Assembly: GCA_024679065.1 (NCBI GenBank)
Contig: JAGIQG010000012.1
Location: 87,110,001 to 87,174,000 of the forward strand
Source of the DNA: Sphyrna mokarran
Taxonomy: Eukaryota
Length of the DNA stretch: 64,000 nt
Reading direction: 5' to 3'
Below, piece by piece: positions 1-12,100 of this stretch. Positions within the stretch are counted from its first letter, which is position 1. Every line of letters begins with the position of its first letter. Position numbers and translations under genes: made by a program. Below the pieces are notes generated by a model. It did no database searches. It saw only the letters and a program-made list of their open reading frames with translations, and had not been told where the DNA came from.

Positions 1-470
1 TTTTCGTCACCTCCTCAAAATATTCTACTAGATTCGTAAGGCACGACCTCCCCTTAACAAATCCATGCTGCGTGTCCCTAATCAGAACACAACACTCTAA
101 GAGACATCCTATCTCTAAGAATCCCCTTCAACAGCTTCCCTACCACTGACGTCAAACTCACTGGCCTATAATTTCCAGGATTATCCCTACTACCCTTTTT
201 AAACAACGGTATAACATTAGCTATTCTCCAATTCTTTGGGACCTCATCTGTGTCCAAAGAGACAAAGATTTGCGTCAGAGGCCCAGCAATTTCACCTCGC
301 ATCTTCCTAAGCAGCCTGGGATAAATGCCATCAGGCCCTGGAGATTTATCAGTTTTAATGCTACCCAGAAGCTCTAACACTTCCTCCATTGGTATGGATA
401 TTTCCCTCAACTGGTCCACAGCTCCCTCAGAGACAGGAGCTGTCAACAAGCCCCTCTCCTTAATGAACAC
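1..470 (-). mobile_element. CR1-clade LINE ORF2 fragment
   Basis: KSPGPDGIYPRLL and PGNYRPVSLTSVVGK motifs. Confidence 0.9.
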
Positions 471-912
471 GTCAAGCATGAGCTGTCTGATAAAGGGACA
501 TAGCATCAGGCAGGGGAAGGGAAGCCTGCCAAGAGCTCCTGCTCTGTCCTCGCTGCTAAGCTCCCCCTCCCCTCTGACCTAAACCAGCCTCCAATCACCA
601 TGGGCTCTATATCCCTCAGTCTGGGCCTGTTGTGGGCCATTGGTTTGACTGGAGTCTGCTTGCATTTTCCAGCTGCTAGTGTCAGGGACCATAGTCATGT
701 GGATTGCCCACTGCTGTCTATATATGTGCCTTACCAGTCCATCACTAAATGAACCTCACACTGGGTCAGCAGCCAGCAAGTAACAGACTCCATCAGTTGC
801 ATTTAGCAGCGGCATCTTTGTGTCTGAAAGTGTGAATATTTCAGTCTTCTGGGAACTATAAGATACGATACGTTGGATGAAGATTAATGAGAATTCTATA
901 AACTGGACTTAC

Positions 913-1250
913 TGGTTACATTCAGCCGGCTTCCTTTCCCCCAGATCCATCCCCACACTGAGCAGTAATAGACGGCAGTGTCACTGGGCTGCACCATGTT
1001 AGAATGAAGCTGATATTGGAGATGTGCCTGGAACACTGGAAACACTCAGTGAAATTTGAGTTCCATTGTGTGTTGTTCATTATATGCTGTGTTAAAACTC
1101 TCTCCCTATCTTTCCCAGGTAGCTCCTGGTACCAGTGAACATCAGTGTGTGTCACTGCGGCGTTCCTCAGGGTGCACTGTAACCATGCAGTCTGACCCTC
1201 TGTGACACGTTCCACACTCGGAGACTGGATAAGGACTGGAACATTCGCAC
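913..1250 (-). pseudogene. Frameshifted V2 exon of paralog
   Basis: Near-identical to 43531-43875 but 338 nt rather than 345 (7-nt deletion after ILT). The shifted frame continues [28 protein letters not shown]; splice sites are intact. Confidence 0.9.
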
Positions 1251-1320
1251 CTTTCAGGCAAAATATCAGTTTAAAAACAAGTTTCCATGTTACAGCATCT
1301 CCCTGTTTTTAAGAGAACTT

Positions 1321-1780
1321 GATGTGGAAATGCTGGTGTTCGATTGGGATGGGCACAGTAAGAAGTCTCACAACATCAGGTTAAAGCCCAACATGTTTAT
1401 TTGGTAGCACGAGCTTTCGGAGTGTTGCTCCTTCATCAGGTGACTAAGTAGTTGTGTTCACAAACAGGGCATATACCTACACAATCTCAATTTACCAGAT
1501 AATTGTTAGAATGTGAGTCTTTACAGGTAATCAAGACTTTAAATGCACAAATAATACGAGTGGAGAGAGGGTTAAGGACAAGTTAAAGAGGTATGAATTG
1601 TCTTCAGCTAGAACAGTTGGTGAGATTTTCAAGCCTAGGCAAGTCGTGGGGGTTACACATAGTGTGACATGAACCCAAAATCATGGTTGAGGCCATCCTC
1701 ATGTGAGTGGAACTTGGCTATCCGATTTTGCTCGGTGATTCTGCGTTGTCATGTGTTGTGAAGGCCGTCTTGGAGAACTG
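1321..1780 (-). mobile_element. Penelope-like element 3' end (GIY-YIG C-terminus + UTR with hammerhead-like motif)
   Basis: Minus strand reads VLQDGLHNT*QRRITEQNRIAKFHSHEDGLNHDFGFMSHYV*; hammerhead core at 1408-1442. Confidence 0.75.
1408..1442 (-). ncRNA. Minimal type I hammerhead ribozyme-like motif
   Basis: CAC-CTGATGA-A-GGAG(CAACA)CTCC-GAAA-GC-TC-GTG: stems I and II pair; palindromic AGCT in place of stem III. Confidence 0.65.
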
Positions 1781-2127
1781 CCAGCCTTCCATCAGTGATG
1801 GAGGGGTCCTTGGTCCCAGGGTAAGGCCCATGATTGACATATGAAGCTCTGAAGGGTCACACAATGTACATATTCCAAAAAAGAAATGGGGCTCTCGTTG
1901 ATTCTCTGCTCCCTCTGAAAAACAGGAGAAATATGCTCCAGAGAAATATGCACTTTTTCTGAATTATTCCCACGTTTGGCGAATTGATACTTTATCTCTG
2001 GCATTAAAGATAGTCAATTAAATTTAACTATCTAACAAATTAGCACCTTTTTCTCCTCTAGTATAAGTTGTTACGATTATTTGCAATTTGGTTTCTGGCT
2101 TTGTCCTGATGAATGCAAGAAATATAA

Positions 2128-2458
2128 AACTAGAAGCAGGAGGAGGCCATTCGGCCCTTCGAGCCTGCTCTGCCATTCACCATGATCATGGCTAATCATT
2201 GAAATCAATATCCTGATTCCCCCCCCCCACTTTCTCCCCATATCCCTTAATCTCTTTAGCCCCAAGAGCTATATCTAATTTCTTCTTGAAATCAGACAGT
2301 ATTTTGGCCTCAACTACTTTCTGTGGGAGTGAATTCCACACATTCCCCACCCTCGGGGTGATGAAATTTCTCCTCACCTCAGTTCTAAAAGGTTTACCCC
2401 TTATCCTCTGACCCCTAATTCTGGACTCCCCCCCCCACCCACCATCAGGAACATTCTT
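2128..2458 (-). mobile_element. CR1 LINE 3' end fragment
   Basis: RRNF..RV..VWNSLPQKVVEA C-terminus plus 3' UTR. Confidence 0.8.
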
Positions 2459-2602
2459 ATAAAGAAGAAAAGATTCGACATCATGTCTCTCTTCTCAGTG
2501 AGATTCACAAAGTTCCCTCTGACCAAGTTACTGTTTTTAAACTCAGACTTTGTCTAATAACATTATCTGGAATAAAAGCAATCTAACAGAGAAAATACTC
2601 AT

Positions 2603-3012
2603 TGATCACATTCAGCTGGATTCAATTTCCAAAGCTCCATCCCTAAATCCCACAGATTGGAGTCACTGAGCTGCACATCTCTGATGGTCCAAATGTAACT
2701 GTTACTGGTAACATCTCTGAAAAGCTGAAATCACTCTAAGAATCCTTATGATTGGTAAAAAGTCAATATGCTGCCCTAAGTTGGTGGATAAATGTACATT
2801 GTATAAATCATGATGTAGAGATGCCAGTGTTGGACTGGGGTAAACTCAGTAAGAGGTCTGGCAACACCAATTTTAAATCCAACATTTAAATGTACAAATT
2901 GACAGTGTAATCCACATTGCTGCTCTGTAAGTTACACCGACGCTTCACTGTTCCACTCTCAGGGAACTTGATAACTCCAGGTGGCTGGATAAGAACTGTG
3001 TCCAATCTACAC
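2603..3012 (-). pseudogene. Disrupted V1 exon of paralog
   Basis: Reads TVLIQPPGVIK..VKRRCNLQSSN; 3' half nearly identical to 37484-37557. Carries frameshifts, stops and a repeat insertion at ~2810-2884; donor mutated to ATGAGT. Confidence 0.87.
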
Positions 3013-4189
3013 CTATGAAGAAACCATAATGCCATAAGATATAAGATACATTCAATCTGGTGTCTTCTTCATATCCCCCTCAGTGTCACAATAGGATTTC
3101 CATTGGGAAGCTCACATCACCAATACCAATCAGATCAGTGACAACACTCACAAAATTCCTGACCAAAATTCGAGGAACTGAAAGCACCAATGTTCTGTCA
3201 AATTCACTTCAAACCTCCTCCTTAATAACAGCCCCCTCAGCAGCACATTCTTCCACCTCCGGCTCTCATTTACATCGCCAGGACTAAACATTGGGATCGA
3301 CGTTTGGGAAAAGGATTTGGATGGAGACTACTTCCATGGGACAGATCAAATTCCTGGCAGACGTTAAAGGAAACTGATGGCTTTTGGAATAATAATTCCA
3401 GAAGAGTTTGGTAATGGTGAATTTGAGGTAGTCATCCCCTCAGTTTAACATCCCAAAATGGATGATAATCCATCGGAAAAACCACCAGAAACCGAAACAA
3501 AAGCAGTAAGAGGAAATGAGATTTAGATGTAATATTCAGTGGGTGTAGCAGAAATGAGCCCATTTTACACCAATGTTCTACATTAAGCATGCCCTAGACC
3601 AAGAACAACTTTCATTTAAAGGATTCTTTATCATATTCCATGTTTCTCTCCTGAAGGTGAGGAAAGCAGGAGGAGGATTTGGAAAAAATGAAGAAAATCT
3701 CCTTCCGATTGTTTAATTCGCAGAGTTCACCGTGAGACTACACGGATATTCAGAGAACTCACATTGCTGAACCGATAGACAGAGCTACATTTTAATCTCC
3801 AGTCAATCATTTCCTTCCCTCACTCTGATGGTGTTTATTTCCCTGTGGGCAGTAATCCCACAGCTAGTATCTGATAGCTCACTTCAACAGCTGCTCCCCG
3901 TCAGTGAACCTGGACCTTGTGTTTTTAATGGTGTTTGAATGTGGAGGTCTGTGTATTTGCATGCGGAGGAGTTTAAGAGCAGGGTAACAGAACTGGGTGT
4001 GTCAGTGCGAGATCTGATGCTCTATTTCCCTAATGAGCCACGAGAAAGCCCAAACTATTACAATGCTTAAACAGAAATTTCTAAATAAAAAATACACATC
4101 ACCCATTCAGAATCAGAGAATCAAACAGCATAACATATGATGAGAAACCAGCCCCAGGTTGGGTGATCCAGCTCTGGGTGTTTACTTAC

Positions 4190-4241
4190 CCAGCACCATG
4201 CAGAGGGTCAAAGTCAGAGCCCAGAGTGCAAGAACAAGCAT
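4190..4241 (-). pseudogene. Leader exon of divergent paralog, MLVLALWALTLTLCMVL(G), itself intact
   Basis: ATG at 4241, 17 hydrophobic codons + G|GTAAGT phase-1 donor. Confidence 0.82.
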
Positions 4242-4794
4242 TCCCAACAAAATTCGTTTTAAAAGATTCAACTCCTGCTCTTTCTCCCTGTATGCTAGGA
4301 TGAGTATTTCCCAGGTGGATTGTGTCACTCGAGTTCCCTGTGTTCTTGTTCAGGGTGCACCAGAGAAGAAGGAAAGTGAGTGAAACATTGCCTTGCCCAG
4401 TTGCGAAGAAACACGATGAAGGAATATCCGCACATCACAGACAGACAGAAAACCTGTGCTTCATCTTTCTCTCCATCTCTCTGGAAGTAACGGACCAGCT
4501 GGGGGCAAAATTCACTGCATGGGGTGAGTTATCTGAGCTCTTGATGCAGTATTCAGATCCAGAAACGTATTCACAGCATTCCCATTCAATGATGCCTGGA
4601 TTCCACACAATGCTGCCTCAGTGAGAATGGCAACACAGGTGTCACAATGTGTAATTGTAGCATCAAGAGTGGATCATGATGTCTATGAGAATGTCTAAGG
4701 CCCAGCATTTACTGCCCATCCCTAATTGCCCTTCAGAAGGTGGTGGTGAATTGGTGCTGTCCCTGAGGTGTAGGTATACCCTTTCTGCTGTTAC

Positions 4795-5960
4795 ATAGAA
4801 CATAACACATAGAACATTACAGCACAGAACAGGCCCTTCGGCCTTCGATGTTGCGCCGACCAATATAAAAAGCAATGCCCCTCCAAACTAAACCATTCCC
4901 TTCTCTTCCATATACTTATCAACTAACCTCTTAAACGCCACCAAACTTGGCGCATCTACAACTGCTGCAGGCAGGGCATTCCACTCCCGAACCACCCTTT
5001 GGGTAAAGAACCTACCTCTGATATCCGTCCTATAACTATCACCCCTTAATTTAAAGCTGTGTCCCCTCGTGCTAGCTTTCTCCATCCTAGGAAAAAGGCT
5101 ATCACTGTCCACCCTATCTAAACCTCTAATCATCTTATATGTTTCGATTAGGTCCCCTCTTAGCCGCCTCCTTTCTAACGAAAACAACCTCAAATCCCTC
5201 AGCCTCTCTTCATAAGACCTGCCCTCCATACCAGGCAACATCCTGGTAAACCTCCTCTGTACCCTCTCCAATGCCTCCACATCTTTCTTATAATGTGGGG
5301 ACCAGAACTGCACACAATACTCCAAGTGCGGCCGCACTAGAGTTTTGTACAGTTGCAACATGACGTTGCGGCTCCGAAATTCAATCCCCCTACCAATAAA
5401 AGCTAAGACTCCATATGCCTTCTTAACAACCTTCTCGACTTGACTGCCTACTTTCAGGGATCTATGCACATACACACCAAGATCCCTCTGTTCATCTAGA
5501 CTACTAAGAATCCTACCATTTGCCCTATACTCTACACATTTATTATTTCTGCCATAGTGCATTACCTCACACTTTTCCACATTAAACTCCATTTGCCACC
5601 TCTCGGCCCAGCTCTGCAACTTGTCCAAGTCTCTCTGCAAACTATAACACCCCTCTTCACAATCTACCACTCCACCGACTTTAGTGTCATCTGCAAATTT
5701 ACTAATCCATCCTTCAATACCCTCATCCAGATCATTTATAAAAATTACAAACAGCAGGGGCCCCAAAACAGACCCCTGAGGTACACCACTTGTCACCGAA
5801 CTCCACGATGAATATCTCCCATCAACCACCACCCTCTGTCTTCTATCTGCTAGCCAATTCCTAACCCAATTAGCTAAATCACCCTCTATCCCATACATCT
5901 GCATTTTCTGCAGAAGTCTTCCATGGGCCACCTTATCAAACGCCTTACTAAAGTCCATGA
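4795..5960 (-). mobile_element. 5'-truncated young CR1 LINE (open RT C-terminal 356 aa)
   Basis: [19 protein letters not shown] and FADD motifs; (ATAGAAC)n tail at 4795-4815. Confidence 0.95.
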
Positions 5961-6168
5961 CTTTAGGCAGGGATTTTGACCCAGCGACTGTAAGGGCTGT
6001 GTGACTTTACAACTCTGCCTCAGAAGATGATGGAAGTGGGGACACGGAATACTTTTAAAGTGGAGGTGGTTGGATTGTTGTTGGGCAAGTTGTTGGGGTG
6101 GATGGGAATGTGCACTTCTAAACACAAGCAGATCAGCCTTAATAATGATTAAAATGTGGAGCAGGCAT

Positions 6169-9100
6169 TCCACCTCCCCGTGTCTCTGATCCACCTCCCT
6201 GTGTCTCTGATCCACCTCCCCGTGTCTCTGATCCACCTCCCTGTGTCTCTGATCCACCTCCCTGTGTCTCTGATCCACCTCCCCGTGTCTCTGATCCACC
6301 TCCCTGTGTCTCTGATCCACCTCCCTGTGTCTCTGATCCATCACCCCGTGTCTCTGATCCATCACCCCGTGTCTCTGATCCATCACCCTGTGTCTCTGAT
6401 CCATCACCCTGTGTCTCTGATCCATCACCCTGTGTCTCTGATCCATCACCCTGTGTCTCTGATCCATCACCCTGTGTCTCTGATCCATCACCCTGTGTCT
6501 CTGATCCATCACCCCGTGTCTCTGATCCATCACCCCGTGTCTCTGATCCATCACCCTGTGTCTCTGATCCATCACCCCGTGTCTCTGATCCATCACCCTG
6601 TGTCTCTGATCCATCACCCCGTGTCTCTGATCCATCACCCCGTGTCTCTGATCCACACCCCGTGTCTCTGATCCATCACCCCGTGTCTCTGATCCACTCC
6701 CCGTGTCTCTGATCCATCACCCTGTGTCTCTGATCCATCACCTGTCTCTGACCACACCCACCTCCCCGTGTCTCTGATCCATCACCCCGTGTCTCTGATC
6801 CATCACCCTGTGTCTCTGATCCATCACCCTGTGTCTCTGATCCATCACCCCGTGTCTCTGATCCACCTCCCCGTGTCTCTGATCCACCTCCCCGTGTCTC
6901 TGATCCATCACCCTGTGTCTCTGATCCATCACCCTGTGTCTCTGATCCATCACCCTGTGTCTCTGATCCACCTCCCTGTGTCTCTGATCCACCTCCCTGT
7001 GTCTCTGATCCATCACCCCGTGTCTCTGATCCATCACCCCGTGTCTCTGATCCATCACCCCGTGTCTCTGATCCATCACCCCGTGTCTCTGATCCACCCC
7101 CGTGTCTCTGATCCACCACCCGGTCTCTGATCCCCCTGTGTCTCTGATCCATCACCCCGTGTCTCTGATCCACCCCGTGTCTCTGATCACACCCGTGTCT
7201 CTGATCCATCACCCCGTGTCTCTGATCCACCTCCCTGTGTCTCTGATCCATCACCCTGTGTCTCTGATCCATCACCCCGGTCTCTGATCTTCTATCCATC
7301 ACCCTGTGTCTCTGATCCACCTCCCTGTGTCTCTGATCCATCACCCTGTGTCTCTGATCCATCACCCTGTGTCTCTGATCCATCACCCCGTGTCTCTGAT
7401 CCATCACCCCGTGTCTCTGATCCATCACCCTGTGTCTCTGATCCATCACCCCGTGTCTCTGATCCATCACCCCGTGTCTCTGATCCATCACCCTGTGTCT
7501 CTGATCCATCACCCTGTGTCTCTGATCCACCACCCCGTGTCTCTGATCCACCTCCCTGTGTCTCTGATCCACCACCCTGTGTCTCTGATCCATCACCCTG
7601 TGTCTCTGATCCATCACCCTGTGTCTCTGATCCATCACCCCGTGTCTCTGATCCATCACCCCGTGTCTCTGATCCATCACCCCGTGTCTCTGATCCATCA
7701 CCCCGTGTCTCTGATCCATCACCCCGTGTCTCTGATCCACCTCCCTGTGTCTCTGATCCACCTCCCCGTGTCTCTGATCCACCTCCCTGTGTCTCTGATC
7801 CATCACCCTGTGTCTCTGATCCACCTCCCCGTGTCTCTGATCCATCACCCCGTGTCTCTGATCCATCACCCCGTGTCTCTGATCCACACCCTGTGTCTCG
7901 ATCCACCTCCCTGTGTCTTGATCCATCACCCTTCCCGTGTCTCTGATCCACCCCGTGTCTTGACCCCCATCCACCCGTGTCTCTGATCCATCACCCGTGT
8001 CTCTGATCCATCACTGTGTCTCTGATCCATCACCCGTGTCTCTGATCCATCACCCTGTGTCTCTGATCCACCTCCCTGTGTCTCTGATCCATCACCCTGT
8101 GTCTCTGATCCACCTCCCTGTGTCTCTGATCCACCACCCTGTGTCTCTGATCCATCACCCCGTGTCTCTGATCCATCACCCCGTGTCTCTGATCCATCAC
8201 CCTGTGTCTCTGATCCATCACCCTGTGTCTCTGATCCACCACCCTGTGTCTCTGATCCATCACCCTGTGTCTCTGATCCATCACCCCGTGTCTCTGATCC
8301 ATCACCCCGTGTCTCTGATCCATCACCCTGTGTCTCTGATCCATCACCCTGTGTCTCTGATCCATCACCCTGTGTCTCTGATCCACACCCCGTGTCTGAT
8401 CCACCCCGTCTCTGATCCTCACCCTGTCTCTGATCCATCCCCTGGTCTCTGATCCATCACCCTGTGTCTCTGATCCTCACCCTGTGTCTCTGATCCACCT
8501 CCCCGTGTCTCTGATCCATCACCCGTGTCTCTGATCATCACCCGTGTCTTGATCATCACCCCGTGTCTCTGATCCATCACCCCGTGTCTTATCCATCACC
8601 CCGTGTCTCTGATCCATCACCCCGTGTCTCTGATCCATCCCCGGTTCTGTCCACCCCCTCTATCCCCGTGTCTCTGATCCACCACCCTGTGTCTCTGATC
8701 CACCTCCCTGTGTCTCTGATCCACCCCCTGTGTCTCTGATCCATCACCCTGTGTCTCTGATCCACCTCCCTGTGTCTCTGATCCACCACCCCGTGTCTCT
8801 GATCCATCACCCCGTGTCTCTGATCCATCACCCTGTGTCTCTGATCCATCACCCTGTGTCTCTGATCCATCACCCTGTGTCTCTGATCCATCACCCCGTG
8901 TCTCTGATCCATCACCCCGTGTCTCTGATCCATCACCCCGTGTCTCTGATCCATCACCCCGTGTCTCTGATCCATCACCCCGTGTCTCTGATCCATCACC
9001 CCGTGTCTCTGATCCATCACCCTGTGTCTCTGATCCATCACCCCGTGTCTCTGATCCATCACCCCGTGTCTCTGATCCATCACCCTGTGTCTCTGATCCA

Positions 9101-12100
9101 CCTCCCCGTGTCTCTGATCCACCTCCCTGTGTCTCTGATCCATCACCCCGTGTCTCTGATCCATCACCCCGTGTCTCTGATCCATCACCCTGTGTCTCTG
9201 ATCCACCTCCCTGTGTCTCTGATCCATCACCCTGTGTCTCTGATCCACCTCCCTGTGTCTCTGATCCATCACCCTGTGTCTCTGATCCATCACCCCGTGT
9301 CTCTGATCCATCACCCTGTGTCTCTGATCCATCACCCTGTGTCTCTGATCCATCACCCTGTGTCTCTGATCCATCACCCGTGTCTTGATCCATCACCCCG
9401 TGTCTCTGATCCATCACCCCGTGTCTGATCCATCCGTCTCTGATCCATCACCCGGTCTCTGATCCACACCCCGTCCACCTGATCCATCACCCCGTGTCTC
9501 TGACCATCACCCCGTGTCTCTGATCCATCACCCTGTGTCTCTGATCCACCTCCCTGTGTCTCTGATCCATCACCCCGTGTCTCTGATCCATCACCCTGTG
9601 TCTCTGATCCATCACCCCGTGTCTCTGATCCATCACCCCGTGTCTCTGATCCATCACCCTGTGTCTCTGATCCATCACCCCGTGTCTCTGATCCATCACC
9701 CTGTGTCTCTGATCCATCACCCTGTGTCTCTGATCTCACCCCGTGTCTCTGATCCATCAACCCGTGTCTCTGATCCATCACCCTGTGTCTCTGATCCATC
9801 ACCCTGTGTCTCTGATCCTCACCCTGTGTCTCTGATCCATCACCCCGTGTCTCTGATCCATCACCCTGTGTCTCTGATCCATCACCCTGTGTCTCTGATC
9901 ATCACCCCGTGTCTCTGATCCCCCTACCCGTGTCTCTGATCCATCACCCTGTGTCTCTGATCCATCACCCTGTGTCTCTGATCCATCACCCTGTGTCTCT
10001 GATCCATCACCCCGTGTCTCTGATCCATCACCCTGTGTCTCTGATCCATCACCCTGTGTCTCTGATCCACCTCCCCGTGTCTCTGATCCATCACCCCGTG
10101 TCTCTGATCCATCACCCCGTGTCTCTGATCCATCACCGTGTCTCTGATCCATCACCCTGTCACCAACCTGTCTCTGATCCATCACCCGTGTCTCTGATCC
10201 ACCTCCCCGTGTCTCTGATCCACACCCTGTGTCTCTGATCATCACCTGTGTCTCTGATCCACCCCGTGTTCTGATCCACCTCCCTGTGTCTTGACCACCT
10301 CCCGTGTCTCTGATCCACACCATCCACCCCCGTGTCTTGATCCACATCCCGTTTCGATCCACCCCTTGTCTCTGATCCACCCCCTGTCTCTATCATCACC
10401 CTGTGTCTCTGATCCACCACCCTGTGTTCTGATCCATCACCCTGTGTCTCTGACCACACCCTGTGTCTCTGATCCACCTCCCTGTGTCTCTGATCCACCT
10501 CCCCGTGTCTCTGATCCACTCCCTGTGTCCTCTGATCCCACACCCCGTGTCTCTGACCATCACCCTGTGTCTCTGATCCACCTCCCCGTGTCTCTGATCC
10601 ACCTCCCGTGTCTCTGATCCAATCACCCGTGTCTCTGATCCCACCTCCGTGTCTCTGATACACTCCCCGTGTCTCTGATCACATCCCCGTGTCTCTGATC
10701 CATCACCCTGTGTCTCTGATCCACCTCCTGTGTCTCTGATCCATCTCCCTGTGTCTCTGATCCACCTCCCTGTGTCTCTGATCCACCTCCCTGTGTCTCT
10801 GATCCACCTCCCCGTGTCTCTGATCCACCTCCCCGTGTCTCTGATCCACCTCCCCGTGTCTCTGATCCACCTCCCCGTGTCTCTGATCCACCTCCCTGTG
10901 TCTCTGATCCACCTCCCCGTGTCTCTGATCCACCTCCCCGTGTCTCTGATCCATCACCCCGTGTCTCTGATCCACCTCCCCGTGTCTCTGATCCACCTCC
11001 CTGTGTCTCTGATCCACCTCCCCGTGTCTCTGATCCACCTCCCCGTGTCTCTGATCCACCTCCCCGTGTCTCTGATCCACCACCCTGTGTCTCTGATCCA
11101 TCACCCCGTGTCTCTGATCCATCACCCCGTGTCTCTGATCCATCACCCTGTGTCTCTGATCCATCACCCTTGTCTTTGATCCACCTCCCTGGGTCTCTGA
11201 TCCACCTTCCTGGTCTTCTGATCCACCTCCCCGTTTCTCTGATCCATCACCCCGTGTCTCAGATCCATCACCCTGTGTCTCTGATCCAACTCCCCGTGTC
11301 TCTGATCCGCACCCTGTTGTCTTGATCCATACCCTGTGTCTCGATCCACACCCCCGTGTCTCTGATCACCTGCCTGTGTCTCTGATCACACCTCCATGTG
11401 CTCTGATCGATCACCCCGTGTCTCTGATCAATCACCCCGTGTCTATGATCATCACCCCGTGCTTGATCGTCACCCCGTGTCTCTGATCCATCACCCCGTG
11501 TCTCTGATCCATCACCCCGTGTCTCTGATCCATCACCCTGTGTCTCTGATCCACCACCCTGTGTCTCTGATCCATCACCCTGTGTCTCTGATCCATCACC
11601 CTGTGTCTCTGATCCATCACCCTGTGTCTCTGATCCATCACCCTGTGTCTCTGATCCATCACCCTGTGTCTCTGATCCATCACCCTGTGTCTCTGATCCA
11701 TCACCCCGTGTCTCTGATCCATCACCCTGTGTCTCTGATCCATCACCCCGTGTCTCTGATCCATCACCCCGTGTCTCTGATCCATCACCCCGTGTCTCTG
11801 ATCCATCAACCCCCCCCTGTGTCTCTGATCCACCTCCCTGTGTCTCTGATCCATCACCCCGTGTCTCTGATCCATCACCCCGTGTCTCTGATCCATCCCC
11901 TGTGTCTCTGATCCATCACCCCGTGTCTCTGATCCATCACCCCGTGTCTCTGATCCATCACCCTCCGTGTCTCTGATCCATCACCCCGTGTCTCTGATCC
12001 ACCTCCCCTGTGTCTCTGATCCATCACCCCGTGTCTCTGATCATCCACACCCGTGTCTCTGATCCACCTCCCCGTGTCTCTGATCCACCTCCCTGTGTCT

